From contig CAYQUS010000001.1 in assembly GCA_964421015.1 (NCBI GenBank), positions 300,726 to 364,725 of the forward strand: a DNA stretch of 64,000 nucleotides. The letters run 5' to 3'. The notes under the pieces were generated by a model. It did not search any database. It worked only from the letters and a program-made list of their open reading frames with translations, and had not been told where the DNA came from. The DNA comes from an uncultured Planctomycetia bacterium (GTDB lineage Bacteria; Omnitrophota; Gorgyraeia; Tantalellales; Tantalellaceae). A program made the position numbers and the translations under genes. This document shows, piece after piece, positions 38,128 to 46,933 of the stretch; the stretch's first letter is position 1; each line of letters begins with the position of its first letter.

Positions 38128-39415
38128 TTATTCCCCCGTTAGTTACTTTTTTAAAACATTCAGACCCGCCGGACAACCCGGCAGCTACAATAACACAAAG
38201 GGCTAAGAAAATCATCCTCGACACGAGCATAACACCGCCCCATCTTACCGAAAATCCGTGCATTATATCCGGCAATCCCGGAAGATTTCCGAAAAAAGAA
38301 GGATCAACAGGCATAAGAAGCCCTGTGGTCGTTCCGGGAGAATTCAGATTATAAATAAAAAGAGTGGAAACCTGCGCCCAGTATATTCTTTCAGATAAAT
38401 CCTTCCTGCACACGGCCAGGATAAGCAGCGGCGTAACCCAAATAAAATAGTGCACGGGCACATAGAAAACAGTGTAAACCAGCATCAGCGAAGAGATCCC
38501 TGTTAAAACAATGTCCTGTTCTCTTCCCCGTTTCTTCAAGACCAGACAATTCGCGATAAAAACCGGGTACAAAACAAGAAATATAATTTTTTCAAAGGCA
38601 AAACCGGAATCCAACCTTATCCCGGAATAGAATTTTGGGAAAATTGAACCAATAACATCTTCTCCCGATAACACATAAAAAGGTAAAAGCACGAAGACAA
38701 CTGGCATGAGAACGGCCGCAATGCTCTTAAGCAAACTTTTTTTTGAATCTGTTGCGACTATAAGCAATGGCAATATCATGAAGATCGTGAACGTTTTAAA
38801 AAGCGCTGCGAGACTCAGAATAAAAAAGGCCTGCCATATCCGTTTTTTTTCCATGACCAGGAGAGAAAAAACCGTGAGGGACGCCGGAATGATATCGAAC
38901 TGCCCGAACATATACGCGCCATAAAGCACAACGGGGCTTAAACACCAGAGCTTCAAAGCTTTTTGGGACGTTTCCCAGGATTTTAAAAAATTCATGATGC
39001 AGAACAAGCAAAGTCCGTCAAAAATGAGGTACGGGCTCTTCATTATGATAAGATATCTGAATACCGAGAGAGAAGTCCCATTGGTCAACAGCCATTCCCT
39101 CAAACCTGAGCTAAAAACATCCTGTATCCAGGGATAAAACCCCGGGTTAACCGGTTTAAAGATCATCTGGCAAACCCCGAAAAAAACATAGGTGAGCGGA
39201 GGATAATAGTTCCATGATCTTCCGGGCGGAAAATTTTCCGCTATATACCCGTATACATCCAGGATACCAGAATAAGCCAGTTTGCTTGGGAAAAAGTTTA
39301 TGAATATTATGTCGTTATGCGCTGCCGCGAACATCATCACAGCTCTCAGCGCAAGACCGGCTGTTATCCAAACGGTAAAATTTCGCCAGTTTTTTTTTAT
39401 CTCTTGGGCAGCCAT
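38114..39415 (-). CDS. Polytopic integral membrane protein. Possible GT-C glycosyltransferase or Wzy-like polymerase.
   Basis: 433 aa with about 11 TM helices. It is immediately downstream of a DPM1-like GT2. Confidence 0.4.
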   Translation of the reverse strand: MAAQEIKKNWRNFTVWITAGLALRAVMMFAAAHNDIIFINFFPSKLAYSGILDVYGYIAENFPPGRSWNYYPPLTYVFFGVCQMIFKPVNPGFYPWIQDVFSSGLREWLLTNGTSLSVFRYLIIMKSPYLIFDGLCLFCIMNFLKSWETSQKALKLWCLSPVVLYGAYMFGQFDIIPASLTVFSLLVMEKKRIWQAFFILSLAALFKTFTIFMILPLLIVATDSKKSLLKSIAAVLMPVVFVLLPFYVLSGEDVIGSIFPKFYSGIRLDSGFAFEKIIFLVLYPVFIANCLVLKKRGREQDIVLTGISSLMLVYTVFYVPVHYFIWVTPLLILAVCRKDLSERIYWAQVSTLFIYNLNSPGTTTGLLMPVDPSFFGNLPGLPDIMHGFSVRWGGVMLVSRMIFLALCVIVAAGLSGGSECFKKVTNGGINERS

Positions 39416-40146
39416 AAGACAAAAACCTCTCTAAAGATCAGTTTCATATACGACAGGGTGGTTTTAAAGATCTTCATCTTGCTCTTCCCTTTCCTCCTGT
39501 CACATTTCAAAACCATTGAAACTTCTTCCATCCTCGCTCCCAGCCTTTTGAGCTTGAGAAATATCTCTACCGCGCAGACAAAACCCTTCTCTGTTATAAA
39601 CCCATCTCCGTATATCTCATATGCCCTATTCAGGACATCATAGCTATAGCACCTGTAGAAAGAACTGAACGTTCTTATGCCCGTGCTGCCGGACACCAGG
39701 CTTATCAGAAAATTGGCTCCCTGGCTCAGCATTTTTCTAAAAAATGTTGTCCCCTGAACTCCCCCATTTTTAGCGTAACATGACGCGAGCGCTACGTCGC
39801 ATCCGGATCTCACCTTTTCCAGCATATCTTCCAGAACCCCAAGGTCGCTGGTATTATCGGCTTCCATCGTCACGATCACATCGCCTTTTCCTGAAGATCT
39901 GAGCGCTGCCCTGAAACCCAGATCAAAAGCCGACCCTGGGCCCATGTTAACGGGATTCTTTACGACCTCCAGGGGGAAATCCTTTCTCATCGACTCAGCT
40001 ATAGACACCGTTGAATCCGAAGAACCGTCATCGGATAGTACAACTCTATAGTCCCACCTTTTGGATAGGGCCGCCCGCGACAGATTATGAAGCAATGCTC
40101 CTATGTTTTTTTCCTCGTTGTATACAGGAAAAACAAATACTATCAT
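39397..40146 (-). CDS. GT2 polyprenyl-phosphate glycosyltransferase (DPM1-like).
   Basis: MIVFVFPVYNEEKNIGALL...VVLSDDGSSDST...VTMEADNTSD. The ATG at 40146 gives an ATGA overlap with the upstream stop. An alternative in-frame ATG at 40167 would add MAKGRDQ. Confidence 0.65.
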   Translation of the reverse strand: MIVFVFPVYNEEKNIGALLHNLSRAALSKRWDYRVVLSDDGSSDSTVSIAESMRKDFPLEVVKNPVNMGPGSAFDLGFRAALRSSGKGDVIVTMEADNTSDLGVLEDMLEKVRSGCDVALASCYAKNGGVQGTTFFRKMLSQGANFLISLVSGSTGIRTFSSFYRCYSYDVLNRAYEIYGDGFITEKGFVCAVEIFLKLKRLGARMEEVSMVLKCDRRKGKSKMKIFKTTLSYMKLIFREVFVLWLPKR

Positions 40147-41138
40147 CTGGTCACGCCCTTTTGCCATTCTATGGTTCTTGGGAGACCTTCCTCAAGGCTG
40201 ACCTTAGCCCTGTATCCAAGAACCTTTTCCGTCTTCGAAAGATCCGGCACCCTGCGCATTACATCCTGATACCCTTTTGAAAGGCTGTCATAAGGGATAA
40301 ACTTGATCTTGGTCTTCTTCCCTGGCCTTACCATTCCCCAGATCATATCGGCGAGTTTCTTTATCGTTATCTCCCGGTCGTTACCTATGTTAAGTATCTC
40401 TCCATTCGCCTGTGGTCTTTCCATGGCTCGGACTATCCCCTCTACAGTGTCCTCTACATAAGTGAAAGACCTTGTCTGACTGCCGTCACCGTGAAGAGGT
40501 ATAGCCTTATTTTTAAGAGCGCAATCTATAAAAACAGACTGCGGCCCTCCCCACCAGCTGGTGTTCTGATTGGGACCATATCCCCCGAAAAACCTTAATA
40601 CAGAAACCATTATGCCGTATTTTTCCTCATAGGCAAAACATAAATGCTCGTCGAATATCTTGGACGCGGCGTATGCCCACCTTTTGACGTTTGAAGGCCC
40701 TATCACCAGGTTCTTATGTTCAGAAAAAGGAATGTCCGGATTTCGTCCGTAAACGTCGGATGTAGAAGAAAAAACGATTTTTGCGTTTTTTACCCTGGCT
40801 ACTTCCAGCATTGATTCAGTGCCTTTAGCGTTTACCATAAGGGTATCGTAAGAGTTACCGTATCGGGGGATTTTGAACGCTGCCAGGTGAATTATGTAAT
40901 CCAGGGATTTACCTTTCAAAATTTTTAATATCTTTCCGTTTTCCCTGACATCGCCCTTTATAAAACTGAATGCCTTATCTGCCATCACGGGTTTTATGTT
41001 CCTGTATAGCCCCTGAGACAGATTATCCAGCCCTATGACATTATACCCTCTGGATAAAAGCTCTCCGGCGAGGTTAGATCCTATAAAACCGGCCACACCC
41101 GTTATCAGAACCCTTTTATTCTTTTTTATTTTTGCCAT
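40143..41138 (-). CDS. NAD-dependent nucleotide-sugar epimerase/dehydratase (extended SDR, UDP-glucose-4-epimerase/UDP-glucuronate-decarboxylase-like).
   Basis: 331 aa. RVLITGVAGFIGSNLAGELL glycine-rich loop, YAASK catalytic YxxxK. Confidence 0.8.
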   Translation of the reverse strand: MAKIKKNKRVLITGVAGFIGSNLAGELLSRGYNVIGLDNLSQGLYRNIKPVMADKAFSFIKGDVRENGKILKILKGKSLDYIIHLAAFKIPRYGNSYDTLMVNAKGTESMLEVARVKNAKIVFSSTSDVYGRNPDIPFSEHKNLVIGPSNVKRWAYAASKIFDEHLCFAYEEKYGIMVSVLRFFGGYGPNQNTSWWGGPQSVFIDCALKNKAIPLHGDGSQTRSFTYVEDTVEGIVRAMERPQANGEILNIGNDREITIKKLADMIWGMVRPGKKTKIKFIPYDSLSKGYQDVMRRVPDLSKTEKVLGYRAKVSLEEGLPRTIEWQKGVTR

Positions 41139-42240
41139 AACGTTTTACCCCTTCCTTCAGGATCTTTGTTATTCTGGAACTTGTGTCCTTATCGCCGTAA
41201 TGGTTTACATGCCTCCCTGGACGAAAATCTGAAGAAACCTCGGAAGCTATACGTCTGAAATCTGCGTCTACCAGCTTGTTCCAACCGTTCTCCGTGGTTT
41301 CGGTCCATTCTGTGCGGTCTCTGACGGTGACACACGGTACTTTGAAGAAATAAGCCTCTTTCTGCACCCCGCCTGAATCTGTCACTATCTTTCTGGCGTT
41401 CCTCTCAAGATTCACCATGTCGAGATATCCGGCGGGAGGAATGATCCTTAGATTCCTGTTTTTTTCAAGTTTTTTAAGTAGATCGAATTTTTCCAGCATT
41501 TTCCTTGTCCTGGGATGCAGAGGAAATACAATTGTGTCCTTAATTCCCGATATCCCTCTTACTATGGACGTCAGTCTTGCGGGGAAATCGGTATTTTCAG
41601 CTCTATGTACCGTGACCAGAACATATCTTCCCGCCCTCACTTCCAATTCGTCAAGTATCGCTGATTTTCGTGAAGCCACATCAGCCATTTTCATAGAAAG
41701 TTCATACATTATGTCACCCACATTGTGTACTCCGCCTGATATCCCTTCCTTCTTCAGGTTCCTGACAGCCCCGATCGTCGGACAGAAAAGCGTTGATGAC
41801 ACTCTGTCTGTAAGTATCCTATTGATCTCCTCCTGCATATTCCAGTCAAAACTCCTAAGTCCCGCCTCCACATGAGCCAGGTCTATTTTCATCTTGGTTG
41901 CGGCAAGGGCGCCAGCCAGGGTCGAATTAGTATCTCCGTAAACAAGGATAACGTCAGGCTTTTCTTTGATTATTATAGGCACCAGTTTCATCATCATGGT
42001 AGAAACCTGTTCAACCTGGTTCATAGAGCCTATCCCCAGATCGTAGGTAGGGTCATCCATATCAAGGTCCTCGAACATTTTCCGCGACATTTCATAGTCG
42101 TAATGCTGCCCCGTGTTGACAAGCACCTCTCTGATCCCGGCCTTTTTCATGGCTCTGGAAACAAGAGCGGCTTTTATGAACTGGGGCCTGGCCCCGACTA
42201 CCGTTATTATTTTCAATTTAAACAACCTCCGATCGTACAA
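41116..42240 (-). CDS. UDP-N-acetylglucosamine 2-epimerase family (WecB/WbpI-like). Second copy.
   Basis: 374 aa. LKIITVVGARPQFIKAALV...VILVYGDTNSTLAGALAA...HVEAGLRSFD...LHPRT...VTDSGGVQKEAYFFKVPCVTVR. Confidence 0.8.
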   Translation of the reverse strand: MYDRRLFKLKIITVVGARPQFIKAALVSRAMKKAGIREVLVNTGQHYDYEMSRKMFEDLDMDDPTYDLGIGSMNQVEQVSTMMMKLVPIIIKEKPDVILVYGDTNSTLAGALAATKMKIDLAHVEAGLRSFDWNMQEEINRILTDRVSSTLFCPTIGAVRNLKKEGISGGVHNVGDIMYELSMKMADVASRKSAILDELEVRAGRYVLVTVHRAENTDFPARLTSIVRGISGIKDTIVFPLHPRTRKMLEKFDLLKKLEKNRNLRIIPPAGYLDMVNLERNARKIVTDSGGVQKEAYFFKVPCVTVRDRTEWTETTENGWNKLVDADFRRIASEVSSDFRPGRHVNHYGDKDTSSRITKILKEGVKRYGKNKKE

Positions 42241-42275
42241 AAAGCGGTAATAGCTCTGTAATTCTCAACGCCCTC

Positions 42276-43502
42276 CTACTTTGCTCCGGGCATCATTTTC
42301 AGAGTGTTTATATCCTTCAGCGCAGGGGTCGGAAAGAATTTTGACGCCTTGGAGTCATTGTCAAACAAAAATATACCGCAATCCATTGATATATTGTTCG
42401 ATACACCCTGCATACGGTCAAAGTATCTGTGCAGGCTCTGCGCGACATAGTAGTAGCTCCCGTCGAAATCCAAACCGCGGACAAACCCGTTGAAATGGGA
42501 AGCCGTCTTGTGGGAACTGATGTGAAGATCTCCTCTCATGGAATCAAGGTAACACAATCCGCCATCCAGGATCCTGACGCTGTGAGGCTGCCAAAGCCCG
42601 CTCTCGACCACACCGTTGACCTTCCCCCTGAAAAGATCATATTCCATTATCCCACCGTCAAAACAATTCTTCTGTACGTTCCCCGTCAAAGAAAACATGG
42701 ACATAAAGAGGGAGCCGCCATCGACACAAATATCGTTTATATGGTGGTTATATTCCCCTGTCCTTTCAAATTTATCGCTTATGGATATGGTCTCCAGCAT
42801 TTTATTGGTACTGAGATCGTAAACCCCTATCTTGTCCAGCAGACAGAGTACAACATATATAACCTTACGCGAAGCATCTACAGCTATTCCGTGGGGAATG
42901 CTCCTGTCCGGGAGCGGAAAAAAATCGATCTCTTTGTATGCCCGATCAAATATCCTCACTCCTTTTAGCGCATCGACCACATATAGGTGATCACCATACC
43001 AGTCAAAACCACGCGTGATCCCGGAAATTTCCTTTTTCATTCTCCCGGAAGGGATGCTGTAACTGTAGATCCCCCCGCCTTTCACTCTGCTCCTGTCACT
43101 CGTATCTGAGCTTGATATAAGAAGATCCGCATTATGAGAACAGATATCGTCTATGACTTTAAAATTACGTAAAAGCGGCGAAACCGAAAAATTTTTACCG
43201 GGATGATAACCGTAACTCTCCAGCTGTGCTATCACTTCGTAAAAAGCGGTGGTAGTTATTATCACATAAACGCTGTTTTTGTCTTTTATGTTCTCGAGGC
43301 AACTGGGATCTAGCACATCGTATCCCCTGTAAGCTCCCGGTCCCTGTTGATTTTTTGAAATATCAACGATGTATTTGACCTTCTTTCCTAAAAGCTTATG
43401 TGTTTTGTCAAACCAGCCTGCGCTACCCCAGTAAATTACATCTTTCCCTGAAACAGCTCTGCTTAATTCCTTTAAGTCCAGCCATGCGGTCTTGGATATC
43501 AT
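42276..43502 (-). CDS. Hypothetical protein. N-terminal alpha/beta region, C-terminal part probably beta-rich (propeller-like).
   Basis: 408-aa ORF with coding-like composition, in operon context. No motif recognised. Confidence 0.45.
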   Translation of the reverse strand: MISKTAWLDLKELSRAVSGKDVIYWGSAGWFDKTHKLLGKKVKYIVDISKNQQGPGAYRGYDVLDPSCLENIKDKNSVYVIITTTAFYEVIAQLESYGYHPGKNFSVSPLLRNFKVIDDICSHNADLLISSSDTSDRSRVKGGGIYSYSIPSGRMKKEISGITRGFDWYGDHLYVVDALKGVRIFDRAYKEIDFFPLPDRSIPHGIAVDASRKVIYVVLCLLDKIGVYDLSTNKMLETISISDKFERTGEYNHHINDICVDGGSLFMSMFSLTGNVQKNCFDGGIMEYDLFRGKVNGVVESGLWQPHSVRILDGGLCYLDSMRGDLHISSHKTASHFNGFVRGLDFDGSYYYVAQSLHRYFDRMQGVSNNISMDCGIFLFDNDSKASKFFPTPALKDINTLKMMPGAK

Positions 43503-43510
43503 TTTCCTCC

Positions 43511-44974
43511 TTAACTCGTGCCTCTCCTTAAAAATACCCTATTTAATACCCTGGTTTTCCTATTAAGATACCAAAGCACGGGTATATATGCTATACAAAA
43601 AAATAACATTCCCAGTATCCCCCTTAGAAGCGGGGGCATATCGACAGTTATTCTCTCGATACTAAAAACAACCGCCAAGGAATATAAGAACGGTAGCATA
43701 ACGCTACTGAGAAAAACCAACACTTTGGACCACCTTTCGGAATGCCTGACGCAATATATAAGAAGCACGGCAAAGTAAACATAATAGGTCAAGGATGTCC
43801 CCCAGGCAACCCCGCATATACCGTACCCTCCCTTTATGGCCATATAATTTACAGCTACACCGACAAAACAGACCAGGATGGTCATAGGAATAAGGACCAT
43901 CTGTTTGCTTATGGTGACCACAAAACTGCTGGACATGGGTGTCAGTGACAGAAAAAAACATCCCGCAAGAAGTATTTTCATGCTGCTCACACCGGGCAGA
44001 TACTGCGGCAGAAAGAACGTCACCAGCACCGGAATGACAAAATACGCGCTAGCCAGCAACACCGGAAAAAGGTACGCCATGACAAAAGTGGTTTGTTTCA
44101 CGTACTGCACTATGTGCCCCCGCGAGTCCGTCCTTCCGAAAGCCTCCTGCATATCCGGCGCGACTACAATACCGAATAATTTAGGAAGAGTGTTGGTATA
44201 GGTAAGGGCAAGAACAGCTATGGAATAAAATCCCATCGGTTCCGCTCCCAACATCCTTATTATCATTATTTTGTCCAGGCTTATTAGAACGGTATACGCT
44301 ATACCCGAAAGCAGTATGGGAAGCCCGAACTTGGACAAAGCGAATATCCTCCCGACGTCTATCCTGAACCTTAAGGAGTAATCGGTTTTAAGCATAATGA
44401 ACAGCCAGCTCAAAAAAGTAGCCGCTAAGGTGGCCATAAAAATACCCGAAAGTCCGAAGTATTTTGTCAACAGTATGATAAAAAACAAAGAACTCAAAGA
44501 ATTGAATAGAACATTGCCGGATAGCAAAGAAAAATTCTTGTCGGCTCGCAGCATTTCCTGAAAAAGATTATAGAAAAGCGTGACAGAGATTATAAAGGGG
44601 ATCATCCTTATTCCGGCTATGATATACCCTGGAGTACCCGTCGGCATGACAAAAGAAACGGAAATAAAAACCAGAATTACCAGAAACGACATCAACGTCG
44701 CTATCGAAAAGGCCGAATCCCTCATGGCCTGGACTTCCCCTACGTCTCCCTTGCCCCGGAAATATGGTATCTTAACGGTTATCGCTGTAAAAACACCAAA
44801 ATGAACGAAAAGAGAATAATTAAGCACGACAAGAAATCCCGACCATATTCCCATCATTTCCGGGTCGAGAAATTTACGCGTCATAATACTTGTAAAAACC
44901 CCTATGACCTGTGCCGCCAGGGTGAACGCCGCGAAACGGGAGCTCTCTCTTATGACCTTACCTACATATTTCAT
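43511..44974 (-). CDS. Polysaccharide biosynthesis protein of the MOP/Wzx flippase family.
   Basis: 487 aa with about 12-14 TM helices. Organisation and internal segments (AVLALTYTNTLPKLFGIVVAPDMQEAFG) resemble Wzx-type O-unit flippases. Confidence 0.55.
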   Translation of the reverse strand: MKYVGKVIRESSRFAAFTLAAQVIGVFTSIMTRKFLDPEMMGIWSGFLVVLNYSLFVHFGVFTAITVKIPYFRGKGDVGEVQAMRDSAFSIATLMSFLVILVFISVSFVMPTGTPGYIIAGIRMIPFIISVTLFYNLFQEMLRADKNFSLLSGNVLFNSLSSLFFIILLTKYFGLSGIFMATLAATFLSWLFIMLKTDYSLRFRIDVGRIFALSKFGLPILLSGIAYTVLISLDKIMIIRMLGAEPMGFYSIAVLALTYTNTLPKLFGIVVAPDMQEAFGRTDSRGHIVQYVKQTTFVMAYLFPVLLASAYFVIPVLVTFFLPQYLPGVSSMKILLAGCFFLSLTPMSSSFVVTISKQMVLIPMTILVCFVGVAVNYMAIKGGYGICGVAWGTSLTYYVYFAVLLIYCVRHSERWSKVLVFLSSVMLPFLYSLAVVFSIERITVDMPPLLRGILGMLFFCIAYIPVLWYLNRKTRVLNRVFLRRGTS

Positions 44975-45004
44975 GGCAAAAAATCCCTCTCCAAAACAAC
45001 CTTT

Positions 45005-46882
45005 TCATATTTTTCGGTTTTTCATAGCCGCCAGAGCGTTAAACGCCCTGTCTCTCCGGAAGGGTATATCCACGATATAGTCCTCCGCGGGCGCCTCCAG
45101 AAAATCCTCTACCTTGGCTATAGCCTCGGAAAAACTCCCGAACTTCTGCAATGACCTCCCGAAGAGACGTTTCCCTCTCTCTCCCACTTCGACACACGGC
45201 GAATAAAGAGACATGACCGGGAGCCCGGCCACGGCGGCCTCATGGAAACTTGTAGAGGGATAATCAAGAATGACCCGGTTTAAGCCTCCCAGGCACTCGG
45301 ATACGCGTTTCTCTTCTATGGAAATATTGCTTTTACCATGGTCCAAAATGTACCTGACTATTGACATCCTTGACCATTCCTGGCCCGGAGCGTACTTGAA
45401 GATGAACCTTGTGTTTTTCTTTGAGAAAAAATGATCCACAAGTCTCTTCTGGAACTCATAGTACCAGGTTATGGGATACAGATATCCGTTGATACCTCTG
45501 AACCCAAGAAAAAGTTTAGTCGGTATGTACATAACAGGCCCGTCATCACGCCTTTTCCGCGCCCATTTCCTTTTCACGGCCTCAAGCTGTCCGGCATCCT
45601 GGAACACGCTGCACCCAGAAAGATAACCGTAATTCAGGGCTTCTTTAAGCCTTTTCTCCTCGGAAGAGTTAATGGAAAAATATATGTCAAAATGGTCCAT
45701 TTCACTTATGAGGTCCCTGCCCCCGTCGGCAACGCTGCATGAATGCTGAAAACAAACCCTTTTACCTTTTTTAGCCGCGGCTAATATAGAACTTATAGAA
45801 TCCTTTTCCGAACTGGATCTGGCCACGACATAGTCTATTTTTTCTTCTTCTATAAACCTCTCCAAAACAGTCATTTCGGAGAGGTTCCTGTAAAAAACAT
45901 CGCCTATAAGGTCTCTCATGTACGGGATAAAAAACCTTGATACGTCCGCGCCGCATTGTTCATTAAGCCAGCCTGTTATCTTTGTCTCGAGAGGAAACCT
46001 CTCTGCGGCCGCGCCGCAAGATGCCTTGATATCATCTTGCCCTTTTATCTTATACGGCACTGAAAGATCCAGACATACTTCATGGAAAAGACCGTGTACC
46101 GAGAATATAGACTCCGGCCCGGTCTTAAGAAAAACCTTTCCCCGGTTCCTTATGGTCTCAGCTATAAACCTGTCTATCGCGTAACATCCGGCATGAAGAG
46201 ACATGACGTTCAATCTTTTTTTAACCCGGGAAGGCAAAACTTTCATGAACTTCCTGAACCTGAAAAAATAAAAAATCGACCTGGCGGCACACCTAAAAGA
46301 ACATATCCCGGGAAACTTAAAATGCCGCTGCTCTAATCTCTTCGGAACGCCTCCTCCCGATACCCAGCGGGAAAAAGCCACACCCCTCTGCTTTGATATT
46401 TCCTCTATAAGACCGGAAACTATTTTGCCCTGTTCGGGAAAAGGTCTATAGAGACTGGCGCCCTCCATATAAGCGCCATCTCTCCCGCAATAAGTCACAG
46501 AATCGGGGCGTACCGCCTCCAGAAATTTTATCACCGCCCTGGAAACAAGGACCAGAGAATCCATAAGACACTTGACCCTGAAATAATGAGCCCTTACAAG
46601 ACCCAGGTTTTTCGGAATATCTGCCCGTAGATTTTTCCGGAGAAAATGGTCAAGCTCATCCATTACGGAAAGCTGTTCCGTAAAGTACATTCCCTGGTCC
46701 GGCAAAAGGCTCTCTTCCTCATAGTAGTCCTCAAGGATGGAATAATTAATGCCTTTTTTGCCAAGCAGATACGAAACTGCGGGGCTAAGCGAAACAAGAT
46801 TTTTTCCTGAAAGATCCGTTTCGTGAACAATATCCTCTACTAGATACCAGTCCCCATGCATATTTTTGAAATCGCGTAACAT
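45005..46882 (-). CDS. Large hypothetical protein. The C-terminal region resembles a GT-B/Capsule_synth/TagF-like nucleotide-sugar transferase fold. Candidate glycan-tailoring transferase.
   Basis: 625 aa. The C-terminal segment ...RVILDYPSTSFHEAAVAGLPVMSLY resembles donor-binding ends of retaining GT-B enzymes. No firm family assignment by eye. Confidence 0.45.
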   Translation of the reverse strand: MLRDFKNMHGDWYLVEDIVHETDLSGKNLVSLSPAVSYLLGKKGINYSILEDYYEEESLLPDQGMYFTEQLSVMDELDHFLRKNLRADIPKNLGLVRAHYFRVKCLMDSLVLVSRAVIKFLEAVRPDSVTYCGRDGAYMEGASLYRPFPEQGKIVSGLIEEISKQRGVAFSRWVSGGGVPKRLEQRHFKFPGICSFRCAARSIFYFFRFRKFMKVLPSRVKKRLNVMSLHAGCYAIDRFIAETIRNRGKVFLKTGPESIFSVHGLFHEVCLDLSVPYKIKGQDDIKASCGAAAERFPLETKITGWLNEQCGADVSRFFIPYMRDLIGDVFYRNLSEMTVLERFIEEEKIDYVVARSSSEKDSISSILAAAKKGKRVCFQHSCSVADGGRDLISEMDHFDIYFSINSSEEKRLKEALNYGYLSGCSVFQDAGQLEAVKRKWARKRRDDGPVMYIPTKLFLGFRGINGYLYPITWYYEFQKRLVDHFFSKKNTRFIFKYAPGQEWSRMSIVRYILDHGKSNISIEEKRVSECLGGLNRVILDYPSTSFHEAAVAGLPVMSLYSPCVEVGERGKRLFGRSLQKFGSFSEAIAKVEDFLEAPAEDYIVDIPFRRDRAFNALAAMKNRKI

Positions 46883-46933
46883 TATTTATCTCCCGGGCAA
46901 AAATACCGTGTGGGGCAACTTTTGCCAACAGAA

